This document shows positions 13,427 to 25,628 of a DNA stretch of 64,000 nt, in pieces. Made by a program: the position numbers and the translations under genes. Below the pieces are notes generated by a model. The model ran no database searches, had not been told where the DNA came from, and was given only the letters and a program-made list of their open reading frames with translations. This stretch comes from Scyliorhinus canicula (taxonomy: Eukaryota): contig NW_024055498.1 of NCBI RefSeq assembly GCF_902713615.1, positions 1,516,527 through 1,580,526 on the forward strand, read 5' to 3'. Numbering within the stretch: position 1 is the stretch's first letter; the number at the start of each line of letters is the position of its first letter.

Positions 13427-15952
13427 TCTGCAGCTGTCCACTGAGTTTTACAGGATTTCTGTTTTCAGTCTGGTGTCTTCATTAATTTGGGTGGGACATC
13501 TGGAGTGAATTATTGTACATGAAATGACCACATGCACACAATATTCCATCCGTCCATCCCCACTGTAATCATGTTCCCGCTTTCTGTCTTTGAGGTGAAG
13601 ATTCACCATCAGCGGAGAAGAATTACCAGGACCGCAGGAATATCTCCAGTTTCCTCTTAGTGATGTCCAGCTCGTCAGTTCCCGATAGTCTGGAGATGGA
13701 ACTCACCCAGAAGAGCTGGAACCACCGAATTTATTAGACTGACACAAATTATGAAGGACCTGCTTTAATTTATCAAGCGCAAAATTAAGAATGTAGAACA
13801 ACATCTTTCAGACCATCTATCCATGCATCCATCAACCACATTCATTACTTCCTTAATAAAAAATATTCAGGCAGACAAGCAACATCCATCCCTACATAAA
13901 CATAGTCATCCCTTTATCTTTTGGCAGGTGGTGATGTAGTATTAATGTTATTGTACCAGTAATCCAAAGGCCCAGGCTAATTCTGTGGTGACTCAGGTAC
14001 AAATCCCACTATGGTCAGTGGTGGAGTTCAATTAATAAATCTGGAATACATACTAATGGTGACCATGATATCCCCTCTGCATCATCAATGAAGGAAATCT
14101 GACATCCCTCCCTGGTCTCACCTACACATGGCTCCAGTCAGACAGCAACATGTCTGACTCTTCAGTTCCTTCTGAGCTGGCCCACTCAGTTCAACAGCAA
14201 TTAGGGACAGGGAACACATGGTGGTCTTGCCAGTGAGTCCCACATTCCATGGAAGAATAAAGGGAAAAACATGTTTATCTATTACAAAATGTATCCCCTG
14301 TCTGATAGTCTGATTGTTTTCCATCACAATGTTATGAGTGTGGGAGAGATCCTCCAGCCGGTTAGTGTTGTTAAGAGAGGCTAGAAATCTGGATAACTCT
14401 CCTTTCCTTAGAGATGGGAACAGTTCAAATAAGTTCGCAATTTTAAACATAAAAGATCTCCAGTACTGTTGCTGGGTAGATTTGTTTATAAATAGTTCTC
14501 ATTGATAATGTTAAGAGTTTGAAGTTGGCTTGCAGCCAAGCGGTCAGTACTGAGCCAACAGATCTCTGAAAAAAAATACAGATGCTTCCTGTAAACAACA
14601 TTGAACATTCGAGCCTCCCTGACTGCAGGCGGCTGGATTGCTGCCAAATACTGTGTGGGGCAGATTAACCTGAATATGAATGGACACAATGGGATTTATT
14701 CATTCAAACAATAAATGTTTAGTCGCACATGAACTAAACGTTTTAAATGGTGATGCATGCAAAGAAATATATTCACTGAATGTTTTGTTCACTCTGAGAT
14801 TAAACATGATCGGAAAATAGTAGCCTGACCAGATGCTATATAATTTATATTAGTTCTGAGTAAAGGTCACTCTAGCTATTAAAGTCCGTTTGTTAAGAAC
14901 CTAATGAAGTGAGAGTGAGTGGTATTGATGGACCCAACCCATAAGTTCAATAAGATGACTCCAATTACAAAAAATAAAATAAAATAAATTAAAAGTAAAT
15001 AAACTGCATTGATCTCGCGGGGAATCCAGGAATATTCTCCGAGTTGTTGATCTCCTTTAAACGGAGTCGTCTCTTATACCCGATTAACACCGTGTTCTGT
15101 ACAGTTTAATTTGTCTGGATTTCAATAATTTAACAGTCCCTCTTATTGCTGCCAACGAGTGGAGAAATGACCAGTTCATGGCCTGCTTTAGTGGAGAATA
15201 AAACATTTATTCTTCTGATATTGCTTAATCTGCCGCAAAGTCCTGATGTCCTGTGTTCCCAACACCAGTGAATGTTAGACAGCCGGTGGTCAGTAAAATT
15301 AGCGGCAATGATTTGGATGCCGAAGGATAACTTTGCTGATCACCGTGTCTGTTCTGATTCATTAACTTCTCTGTCAAAAGCTGGTATGAATTTTATGTTT
15401 CTCTGTCAGCTCACTGCTGAATTATCAGGCAAGCGGCTTCTTTACCGTTAATGTTCACAGGACTGTCTGAGGCTCAGGGGCAGTTCGAGAAATACCAGGA
15501 GAAACATTGTGTAATGTGAGGAGTTTCTATTTATCTACAGATCCACATTGTACAGTGATAGCCATCCGCACTGGAAATTGAATCACTTTGTTCATCCCCG
15601 CATTTAGTTACATTTCCTCTGATAAATGATACTTTATTGCTCTAATGGGATAGAGACCGAGAGTGTTGCAAATCAGACTGACAGACGATTTATTCCCTGA
15701 CAATATAATTTAAACTGTTTAGGTTCAGCCCCTGATATTGGAGTGTGGAAATAAAGAGACTGAATTTACAATGGATTAGGTTTTTATTACCAGGTGGGCA
15801 AATGTAATTTCGCCATTAGGATTAGGAGAGACATTACAAATAATCCATTCAGACAAACAAATATCCCGATACAGATAAATGTTTATTTTAATAATAACCT
15901 ATAGTAAATCTCTGTGTCCATTCTGTTGGGGGTGTGGAAGGTGGGACGTGGA

Positions 15953-16026
15953 TCCAGGCGCCGCCTCCACCAGGGAATCAACAGGCGGCGCCTGGAAAGC
16001 CGCCCCCTTCTGCCGGGTATTTAAAT
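15953..16026 (+). promoter_or_regulatory. VH promoter, copy 1: 14-bp inverted repeat, GC box (CCGCCC 16000-16005) and TATA-like TATTTAAAT (16018-16026)
   Basis: TATA-like element ~80 bp upstream of the leader ATG. Locally CpG-rich. No perfect ATGCAAAT octamer seen close by, consistent with octamer-less shark VH promoters. Confidence 0.6.
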
Positions 16027-16104
16027 GCCGATCACTGGGACCCGAATCCAACAGTCCGGGAGCTGGTTTGTTCACTGAGTTCCTGACACAACCATTTCCC
16101 CCAA

Positions 16105-16162
16105 ATGACCAGAAGGATAAGGTGGGCCATTTCTCTCAGTTTGTTGCTGACTTTCTTATCCC
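16105..16162 (+). CDS. IGHV: IgH leader exon, copy 1 ([20 protein letters not shown])
   Basis: ATG at 16105, hydrophobic signal peptide, donor C|GTGAGT at 16163; phase-1 join to GTGTCCAGTCG gives R-V-Q-S. Confidence 0.88.
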
Positions 16163-16288
16163 GTGAGTAGTTTTTATTGTCCAAGTCTCTCACTGTTACT
16201 GTCTCAGTGTTAGTCTCTCTCTGGAATGTTCCAGAGTCACCAATCATTTCACCAGCATTAATCCTCGGGCTTTTTGATATTTTTACAG

Positions 16289-16593
16289 GTGTCCAGTCGG
16301 ATGTTGTGTTGACTCAGCCAGAGGCAGAGACTGGACGTCCCGAAGGCTCCCTGACACTGACCTGCAAAACCAGCGGCTTCAATCTTGGCGGCTACAGCAT
16401 GCACTGGGTCCGCCAGGTTCCCGGCCAGGGGCTGGAGTGGCTGGCTGCCTACTATACTTCATCCTATCAGTACTACGCCTCAGCGATTCAAGGCCGATTC
16501 ACCGCTTCCAAAGACCTTTCAAACAGCATCTTCTCTTTGGCCATGACGAACCTGAAGACCGAAGACACCGCCATCTATTACTGTGCTGGATAC
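16289..16593 (+). CDS. IGHV: VH exon, copy 1 ([30 protein letters not shown]...[13 protein letters not shown]...[11 protein letters not shown])
   Basis: Acceptor TTTTACAG at 16288; conserved Cys-Trp-Cys framework; open frame up to the heptamer. Confidence 0.96.
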
Positions 16594-16632
16594 CACAGCG
16601 AGAGGAACCAGGGCTGGACCCGCACAAGAACA
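16594..16632 (+). other. VH 23-RSS, copy 1
   Basis: CACAGCG + 23 bp + ACAAGAACA. Confidence 0.92.
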
Positions 16633-16984
16633 GCTCGAGAGGGAATTCAACAACGTCCATCGTAACCTGAAGGTCAGTACTTGTTTTAAATGTAATGTTA
16701 ATATCAGTGAACCAGATTCCAAGCTGTCCCCTACAAAATTAGTCTGGAGAAAATGTAATCGTAAAATCAAACAAACCAACGTACTTAATGTGGTGAGACT
16801 TTAGCTAGTGTGTTTATCTTCTCTGATAACAGTTGTAGCAATGTCTAAATATAATGTTATCTTGAATATGTCTGTTACACGGAGGAGATCTTTGTGAAAT
16901 GTTGCATGAATTCTAAACGTGATCAGAATTACGCATCTATTTGAAGTGAATATTGAGCAGCAGGATTGAACAGAGAGTGAGTGC

Positions 16985-17065
16985 AGTTTTTGTGCGGGTG
17001 TCTGTCACTGTGACTACATCAGTGGGTCACAGTGCTGTGCACAGCGACATCCTCATACAAAAACC
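16985..17065 (+). other. D1 segment (coding 17013-17027, ACTACATCAGTGGGT) with 12-RSS and 22-RSS, copy 1
   Basis: AGTTTTTGT-12-CACTGTG [15 nt] CACAGTG-22-ACAAAAACC. Confidence 0.95.
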
Positions 17066-17364
17066 TCAGTGATAGAGTTTGTTCAAATTGGTGTCAGCAC
17101 CACAGCAGATTGTCAAAGAAAACGCAACTTAAATCAAATAATAGGTGAAAGTACCATTGCTGTAAAAAAACATTAAAATCTTCATTTCATTAGTATTATT
17201 GATCATATTATATCAGGGGTATTAAAAGTATCCCAACTCCTTTTACGATTAGAACAACCAGTCTAGGTTGAAATATCTCACTTGTTCACTGCTGGGCGAT
17301 TCGGAATCACGTTTTTGAGTGAACAGTGAAATTAAATCTCTGTATTTTAGTTAACAGCTGCCGC

Positions 17365-17432
17365 AGTATTTGACACGCTGTGTCTCACTGTGATACATGG
17401 GTGGCACAGCAGTTACTGTCAATACAAAAAGC
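17365..17432 (+). other. D2 segment (coding 17393-17404, ATACATGGGTGG) with 12/12 RSS, copy 1
   Basis: AGTATTTGA-12-CACTGTG [12 nt] CACAGCA-12-ACAAAAAGC. Confidence 0.93.
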
Positions 17433-17761
17433 CCCTCAGCACTAATTCACTGAGGCTGGCTCAGTGCTCGCTTTTACAATCCAACTTTATTTACAGTGAA
17501 GTATTATTTATGTTCAAATCTGTCGAATGACATATTTCGATATTGATAATTATGCGATAATCATCCAATAATCAGTAGAAGTTTTGAATGACATGCGCAT
17601 GTGTTACTCTGTGATATATGAAACATTCGGGTCATTTGTGAAGTGTGAGCGATATCCACAATATAATTATAATCACAGGAAGATCCATCGTGACTTTACT
17701 TTGCCTCTGGTTTGTGAATATTAAAAGTAATAGTGGATTTCTGTCTATTTTGTGCAGGTGC

Positions 17762-17800
17762 GGTTATTGTATGGAGCTGCCCAGGGAATGTGACACTGTG
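17762..17800 (-). other. JH 23-RSS, copy 1
   Basis: GGTTATTGT + 23 bp + CACTGTG. Confidence 0.93.
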
Positions 17801-17848
17801 ACATCATGGGCTACTGGGGACAAGGCACCATGGTGACGGTGACTGCAG
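17801..17848 (+). CDS. IGHJ: JH segment, copy 1 ([15 protein letters not shown])
   Basis: WGQG motif; donor G|GTAAG at 17849. Confidence 0.96.
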
Positions 17849-18556
17849 GTAAGAACCATTCAATTATTTACTAACTGTTTTACTTTAGTCGTTGTTTCAT
17901 ATTTTGTCAGTTTTCAAAATTCATTCGTTCACTGAAATGTGGTTTGGTGGATTCTGTATTGAGATGTTTTGCAATGTTTCATATGATTCTACTGAAAAAT
18001 GTTATAGAATTAAGCGATTTTTTGACAAAAAGATGCTGCTGAGGGATACAGTCCCTGGTTGTTGTAGTGTGGTGTTTATTTTCTGAGGATACAGTGTGTT
18101 GGGTTACTTTAAATACCTAAAAGTTGTTATTAAACAGTTTGGCGTTTCTGCAGCGTCTAATCCAGGTTGCATCTGATGGCTTTAAATTTTATCACCTGAT
18201 ACAACATCTACTGATACTGTGTGAAATATTACACAATATTAATTAAATGTGGCAAAGTTCCAATCTTGATTTATTGAACATAATCTACGTGCTCAAAATG
18301 CCGGTGGCAATGTTACATATTTCTGTTTAATTTAATATTGTAATTAATTCGTTTGGTGATGAGCTGGTTGGCTGTATATTTTATCGAGGTTTTGCTGCAA
18401 TTTTGCAATTGGTTCTGTTGAATGTTTTTGTCGAAGTGACTTGCTTCTCCATAAAATGAGTTTCAGCCGCTAAATGATGTGATTTGATGTTTTCCTGCTG
18501 TGGAGATTGTGTGTCTGGGCGACATTGAATCTTTAAAAATTGTGAAAAGATTTGGC

Positions 18557-18757
18557 GTTTCTGCATTGTCCTGCATTGTTTCCCTGCATTGTTTCTGCAT
18601 TGTTCCTGCATTGTTCTGCATTGTTTCTGCATTGTTCCTGCATTGTCCCTGCATTGTCCCTGCATTGTCCCTGCATTGTTTGCATTGTCCCTGCATTGTC
18701 CCTGCATTGTTTCTGCATTGTCCCTGCATTGTTTCTGCATTGTTTTTGCATTGTTTA
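18557..18757 (+). repeat. 11-bp minisatellite (TGCATTGTYYC)x18, copy 1
   Basis: 18 GCATT units counted; several units of irregular length. Confidence 0.95.
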
Positions 18758-20257
18758 AACTCGGTGACATTGAGCTAGCAGTTACACGTTTTCTCGTTGA
18801 ATGCCAACAGTCTAAGCGTTTGAATGTTTTGAAGTAAGACTGTAGACAGACAATCGGCTGGTTTTGGGAATTAAGAAAAAATTAAGATATAAAGATAGAA
18901 CAAGTTTTGAATTTTAGTTGATAATTACAGAATAACCCACGGTTTACAACAATAATTCAGAACCTATTTCAGAAACTGTTGATTAACAATTTTGAAAATT
19001 GCAGGGTCAATTGGTGCAATTTAAACAAATCAAATGCGGTCATATAACATATCAACCAAAGATGTTTTTATATTAATATCATTAATCATCAATAACCTTT
19101 CACAATTCAGCTGCAATTTGCGCACTATTAACATGGCCGGAAAAGTTTATAGGTTGGGAACATTTCTTGATTCACTTAAATCGGAATTTTACATTGCAGT
19201 TGGGCAATATATGGATCCAGTTATAATATTCTTACAGTGCGACGCAACTATATAATTCATTCAATTCCATGTGTAGTTGGATAGCAAGATAATTGGCATT
19301 AATCTGATCATGTGGAAGTGGCTGACGTTCAAGGAATTGTTCATATGGTTCGACTTGAATTGTCGGATGGTTAACTGAATTTGGCGAGTGATTGAAAAGT
19401 AAAGGCTTGAAATTCAAATAGATAAATTTAATCACAGAAGGTAAAAATTAGCTGGACATATAATAACATCTTGTCTCAATTTCTGTGCTGTACATAGGAT
19501 AGAATTATAGGAAACAGAAATGGCAAAATAGAAGAATAGATTTGATCTGAGCCTTGGTTAATCCTTATTAAATATTAAATTTAACAGAAAATCTCGACTT
19601 AACTTGTACATTATATTTGAGTGCTGCAGAGGATCTGGATGAATTGTTTTCACTGTGGTTTACGCGGATTATTTCGGATCTCCTTTAATGAAGCATTATT
19701 TTAATAATTAAATTGCTTGGATTGTCTGAATCATTCAATCTAGGAAACATCTTTATTGATCCCAAACTGCCAGGGGCATTATTTATTTATCTATGTAGTT
19801 TCGCGCGGGAGTCCTGCTTTAACAAGCAGATGATGTTACATGTCCCGATCGCAGTTACTGCGATGTCAACCTGATTAAAAATATTTAAAATACTCCACTC
19901 ATAAGTTTATCATGTGAATTACACTCTGAGAATAAATGGAATTTAAGATTTATAAACATGCTCTGAAATATGCATATTGAACATTTTTGTAGGTTAAAAG
20001 AGTGTAGTTGGAGTAAAGGTAAAAATAAAATTAATTAGATTCAATTAAAAGTAATAATATTCTTTATTATTGTCACAAGTAGGCTTGCATTAACACTGCA
20101 ATGAAGTTACTGTGAAAATCCCCTAGACGCCACACCCCAGCGTCTGTTCGGGCACACAGAGTGTTCACCTAACATGTCTGAATACTTCCACCCAGAAATT
20201 CAACATTGTATTCTTTAACACTGCTTAAGATTGAATTAAATTGTTTAGCAAAGTTCC

Positions 20258-20270
20258 NNNNNNNNNNNNN
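20258..20270. other. Assembly gap of 13 N
   Basis: 13 consecutive n bases immediately after the end of duplicate copy 1. Confidence 0.99.
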
Positions 20271-20838
20271 TCCCAGAGCTTTATCCAACTCCTCCTGAAA
20301 ACATACAATACTTTGGAGTCAACGTCGTTCTGTGGTAGAGAATTCAAACAGGTTCACAAACTCCCAGGGTGAAGATATTATCCTCATCTCAGTATGAAAT
20401 GGTTTACCCGTTCCTTAGATGTGACCCTGGTTTACTCCTCCCCGCCATCGGACACATCCTTTCTGCATTCTTCCCTGTCCCGTCCTTTTACAATTTGATA
20501 GGTTTATAATGAGGGGGAAATTAATATTTCATAAATTAGTGTCTTCTGATTTCTGACCCTCCTGCCAGTGAATCAACTTTATTCCTAATTAATCAAACAA
20601 AGCCATTCATAATTTTGACCATTTTTACCACGCCTCCCAAAAACTGCTCGGTTCGAAGGAAAACAATCCGAGCTTCCAACCAATGTGACCGTGCAGCTCA
20701 TGCAGTGTGAAGACCCAGTTGTATATGTTTCTGCCTTGCTTGTGTTCAGATGCTATTTTGGAATTACTGACATTTTATATGGAGCCAGTGGAATTACCGC
20801 TCACTATTACCATCGTGTCCCGAATTAGACACAAGACG

Positions 20839-21063
20839 GGGGCAGCATGGTCATGCAGTTGTTCGCACTGCTGCCTCACGGTGCCGAGGTACCAGGTTCG
20901 ATCCCGACTCTCGGTCCCTGACTGCGTGAAGTTTGCACATCCTCCCCGTGTCTGCGTGGGTTTCACCCCCAAAACCCGAAGATGTACAGGGTAGGTGGAT
21001 TGGCTGCGCTAAATTGCCCCTTGATTTGGAAAAAATTAATTGGGTACTCTAAATTTATAACAA
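20839..21063 (+). mobile_element. tRNA-derived SINE with a 17-bp TSD
   Basis: B box GGTTCGATCCC; flanks GAATTAGACACAAGACG (20822-20838) and GAATAAGACACAAGACG (21064-21080); the paralogous site near 1945 has a single copy. Confidence 0.85.
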
Positions 21064-22125
21064 GAATAAGACACAAGACGAAGAAAAGACTAGCCTCTGA
21101 AAATTAAATTGACCCATGTAAGGCTGCACCCAGAATAAGAACTTTAGATACACTGAGCAATATTTCAGAATGTAATGTCAACATGCAAACCATGATAGGT
21201 TAACAGTCTTGTCTCAGTGGAATCAATATCACTTCTCATAACAGATACCTGAGCCCATGACCCAGATGTGATCCAATGCACGAGTATTTTATGTTTCAGT
21301 TGTTCCATCTTTTAGATGTGATGATATTACAGTCCTAGGGGTGCTTCGCAATATATTACTGGACTGGTAATCTGGAGGCATAAACTATAAATCCAGAGAC
21401 TCGAATACAAATTCCACCAGGGCATATTGCAATGATGTGAGCAGCTTTGGTCTCCTCACCTCAGGATAGATATTTTGGAGGCAGTCCAGAGAAGGTTCAT
21501 TAGGTTAATCTCGGGTGTGGATGGATTTTCATCGGTAGCTGGAATTTCACAGCACAAAAAGAGGTTCTTCAGCACATCGCTACTGCGCCTGTCATCAAAT
21601 AGAGAGGAATCCGGCCGTGGAAAGTCTTGAAACACAGACCTCTCGGTTTGCAGTGAAAAACGTTGACCAATTGCACCACAGAGACTGACATGAGGAGAGT
21701 CTAAGTTGGGAAGACCTACACGCATTGGTGTTTTGAAGAATGAGAGGCGAACTTACTGAGATATGTAGTATTTTCAAGGAGCTTGACAGTGTGGATGCTC
21801 GAGGTTGTTTCTGCTTGTGGGAGAGTCTGGGGCCGTAGGGCACCATCTCAGATTAAGGTGTCGCTCATTTCAGACGTGGATGAAGAGGAATTTCGTCTCT
21901 CAGAGGGGAGTGATTCTATGGTGCAGAGAATTGGAGAGGCCGGGTCAATAAATATGTCCAAGACTGTGACAGACAGATTTTTCATTAGTCAGGGAATCAA
22001 GGATTATGGGGATAAGGCGGAAAAGTAGAGTTGAGGATTTATTAGATCAGCCACGATCTCATTGAATGGCAGATCATATTCCATGGGCCGAATGGCCAAC
22101 TTCTGCTCCTACATCTTATAGTTTG

Positions 22126-22302
22126 AAAATGAAAATCGCTTATTGTCACGACTAGGCTTCAATGAAGTTACTGTGAAAAGCCCCTAGTCGCCACACTCCG
22201 ACACCTGGCCGGGGAGGCTGGTACGGGAATTGAACCATGCTGCTGGCCTGTTTGGTCTGCTTTAAAAAGCAGCGAATTAGCCCAGTGAGCTAAACCAGCC
22301 GC
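22126..22302 (-). mobile_element. Short SINE family (also ~4645-4780, ~31673-31808, ~63780-63950)
   Basis: Shared TTATTGTCAC..TACTGTGAAAAGCCCC..GCCACA..GGGAATTGAACC..GCTGCTGG..GCTAAACCAGCC. Confidence 0.75.
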
Positions 22303-22533
22303 TGGTTTTATGGCAGCTGGGGGACTTTCAATTGAATGAATTAATAAATCAGAAATAAAATTGTTGCGTCATTCATAATACTCATGAAGCTAGCAAAATT
22401 TTCCAAAGGCCAGCAGGTTCACCAATATCCTTCAGGAGAAGAAATCTTCCCTGCTTACCCTATCTCTGATATTGCCGAGCAGGCCAATCAGTTCAAGGTC
22501 TGCTGCCACAGAAAGTCAGATGTGAATTCAACC

Positions 22534-25500
22534 GGGATGGTGCAGGCGGGAGGGATTCAGATTTCTGGATAACTGGGGCTCTTTCTGGGGAAGGTGGGAC
22601 CCTCGATAGACAGGATGGTCTACATCTGAACCTAGGGGGGGGAGATTTGTTAGTACACTTTGGGGGGGTTTAAACTAATTCAGCAGGGGCATGGGAATCT
22701 GGATTGTAGTTTTGGGGTACGGGTGATTGAGAGTAGAGAGGTCAGGAGCACAGATTTGACTTCGCAGGAGGGCGCCAGTGTTCAGGTCGGTGGTTTGAAG
22801 TGTGTCTATTTCAATGCCAGGAGTATACGAAATAAGGTAGGGGAACTGGCAGCATGGGTTGGTACCTGGGACTTCGATGCTGTGGCCATTTCAGAGACAT
22901 GGATAGAGCAGGGACAGGAATGGTTGTTGCAGGTTCCGGGGTTTAGGTATTTAGTAAGGTCAGAGAAGGGGCAAAAGAGGGGGAGGTGTGGCGCTGCTGG
23001 TCAAGGACAGTATTACGGTGGCAGAAAGGATGCAAGATGGGGACTCTTCTTCCGATGTAGTATGGGCTGAGGTTAGAAACAGGAAAGGAGAGGTCACACT
23101 GCTGGGAGTTTTCTATAGGCCACCTAATAGTTCTAGAGATGTAGAGGAAAGGATGGCGAAGATGATTCTGGAAAAGAGCGAAAGTAACAGGGTAGTTGTT
23201 ATGGGAGACTTTAACTTTCCTAATATTGACTGGAAAAGATATAGTTCGAGTACATTGGATGGGTCGTTCTTTGTACAATGTGTGCAGGAGGGTTTTCTGA
23301 CACAATATGTTGACAGGCCAACAAAAGGTGAGGCCACTTTGGATTTGATTTTGGGTAATGAACCAGGCCAGGTGTTAGATCTGGAGGTAGGTGAACACTT
23401 TGGAGACAGTGACCACAATTCGGTGACCTTTACATTAGTGATGGAAAGGGATAAGTATACCCCGCAGGGCAAGAGTTATAGCTGGGGGAAGGGCAATTAT
23501 GATGCCATTAGACATGACTTAGGATGTGTAGGTTGGAGAAGTAGGGTGCAAGGGTTGGGCACACTGCATATGTGGAACTTGTTCAAGGAACAGCTATTGC
23601 GTGTTCTTGATCAGTACGTACCAGTCAGACAGGGAGGAAAGGGTAGAGCGAGGGAACCGTGGTTTACCAAAGAAGTGGAATCTCTTGTTAAGAGGAAAAA
23701 GGAAGCCTATGTGAAGATGAGGCGTGAAGTTTCAGTTGGGGCGCTTGATAGTTACAGGGAAGCGAGGAAGGATCTAAAGAGAGAGCTAAGACGAGCAAGG
23801 AGGGGACATGAGAAGTCTTTGGCAGGTAGGATCAAGGAAAACCCAAAAGCTTTCTATAGGTATGTCAAGAATAAAAGAATGACTAGGGTAAGAGTAGGGC
23901 CAGTCAAGGACAGTGGTGGGAAGTTGTGTGTGGAGGCTGAGGAGATAAGCGAGATACTAAATGAATACTTTTCGTCAGTATTCACTCAGGAGAAGATAAT
24001 ATTGTGGAGGAGAATGCTGAGACCCAGGCTAATAGAATAGATGGCATTGAGGTGCGTAGGGAAGACGTGTTGGCAATTCTGGACAAGGTGAAAATAGATA
24101 AGTCCCCGGGGCCTGGTGGGATTTATCCTAGGATTCTCTGGGAAGCCAGGGAAGAGATTGCTGAGCCCTTGGCTTTGATTTTTAGGTCATCATTGGCTAC
24201 AGGAATAGTGCCAGAGGACTGGAGGATAGCAAATGTGGTCCCTTTGTTCAAGAAGGGGAGTAGAGATAACCCCGGTAACTATAGGCCGGTGAGCCTAACG
24301 TCTGTGTTGGGTAAAGTCTTGGAGAGGATTATAAAAGATACGATTTATAATCATCTAGATAGGAATAATATGATTAGGGATAGTCACCATGGTGTTGTGA
24401 AGGGTAGGTCATGCCTCATAAACCTTATCGAGTTCTTTGAGAAGGTGACTGAACAGGTGGATGAGGGTAGAGCAGTTGATGTGGTGCATATGGATTTCAG
24501 TAAAGCGTTTGATAAGGTTCCCCACGGTCGGCTATTGCAGAAAATACGGAGGCTGGGGATTGAGGGTGATTTAGAGATGTGGATCAGAAATTTGCTAGTT
24601 GAAAGAAGACAGAGAGTGGTGGTTAATGGGAAATGTTCAGAATGGAGTTCAGTTATGACTGGCGTACCACAAGGATCTGTTCTGGGGCCGTTGCTGTTTG
24701 TCATTTTTATAAATGACCTAGAGGAGGGCGCAGAAGGATGGGTGAGTAAATTTGCAGACGACACTAAAGTCGGTGGAGTTGTAGACAGTGCGGAAGGATG
24801 TTGCAGGTTACAGAGGGACATAGATAAGCTGCAGAGCTGGGCTGAGAGGTGGCAAATGGAGTTTGATGTGGAGAAGTGTGAGGTGATTCACTTTGGAAAG
24901 AATAACAGGAATGAGGAATATTTGGCTAATGGTAAAATTCTTGGTAGTGTGGATGAGCAGAGGGATCTCGGTGTCCATGTACATAGATCCCTGAAAGTTG
25001 CCACCCAGGTTGATAGGGTTATGAAGAAGGCCTATGGTGTGATGGCCTTTATTGGTAGAGGGATTGAGTTCCGGAGCCATGAGGTCATGTTGCAGTTGTA
25101 CAAAACTCTCGTACGGCCGCATTTGGAGTATTGCGTACAGTTCTGGTCGCCTCATTTTCGGAAGGACGTGGAAGCTTTGGAACGGGTGCAGAGGAGATTT
25201 ACAAGGATGTTGCCTGGTATGGCTGATGGACTTGAGGTTGTTTTCGTTAGAGAGAAGAAGGTTAAGAGGTGACTTAATAGAGGCATACAAAATGATCAGA
25301 GGGTTAGATTGGGTGGACAGCGAGAGCCTTCTCCCGCGGATGGAGGTGGCTAGCACGAGGGGACATAGCCTTAAATTGAGGGGTAATAGGTATAGGACAG
25401 AGGTCAGAGGTGGGTTTTTTACGCAAAGAGTGGTGAGGCCGTGGAATGCCCTACCTGCAACAGTAGTGAACTCGCCAACATTGAGGGCATTTAAAAGTTT

Positions 25501-25628
25501 ACTGGATAAGCACATGGATGATAAGGGCAGTGTGTAGGTTAGATGGCCTTTAGTTTTTTCCATGTTGGTGCAACATCAAGGGCCGAAGGGCCTGTACTGC
25601 GCTGTATAGTTCTATGTTCTATGTTCTA
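22534..25628 (+). mobile_element. CR1-clade LINE, 5'-truncated within ORF1; frameshifted ORF2 (APE endonuclease + reverse transcriptase)
   Basis: 22535ff reads GWCRREGFRFLDNWGSFWGRWD..DGLHLN (esterase-type ORF1). ORF2 motifs CVYFNARSIRNK, ISETW, GDFNFP, YRPVSLTS, GVPQGSVLGPLLF, KFADDTK. 3' tail ends in (TTCTATG)n. Confidence 0.95.

Larger units (their letters stand above)
1..20257 (+). repeat. Copy 1 of a >=20 kb near-identical direct duplication (matches 27029-47363); ends at an N gap
   Basis: Position 1 (TGATCATTGCTCGGCAC) matches 27029, and ...TTAGCAAAGTTCC at 20257 matches 47363. The ORF track recurs at an offset of ~27.0-27.1 kb. Differences are scattered SNPs and 1-2 bp indels. Confidence 0.97.

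Noticed and set aside
16177-16665. Single-exon ORF (162 aa) covering VH, and the 43404-43769 ORF
   Set aside because: These run through intron and RSS sequence; the real structure is leader exon + intron + V exon ending at the heptamer.
18381-18837. Gln/Cys-rich ORFs in all frames (also 45481-45939)
   Set aside because: Translation of the 11-bp minisatellite; not protein-coding evidence.
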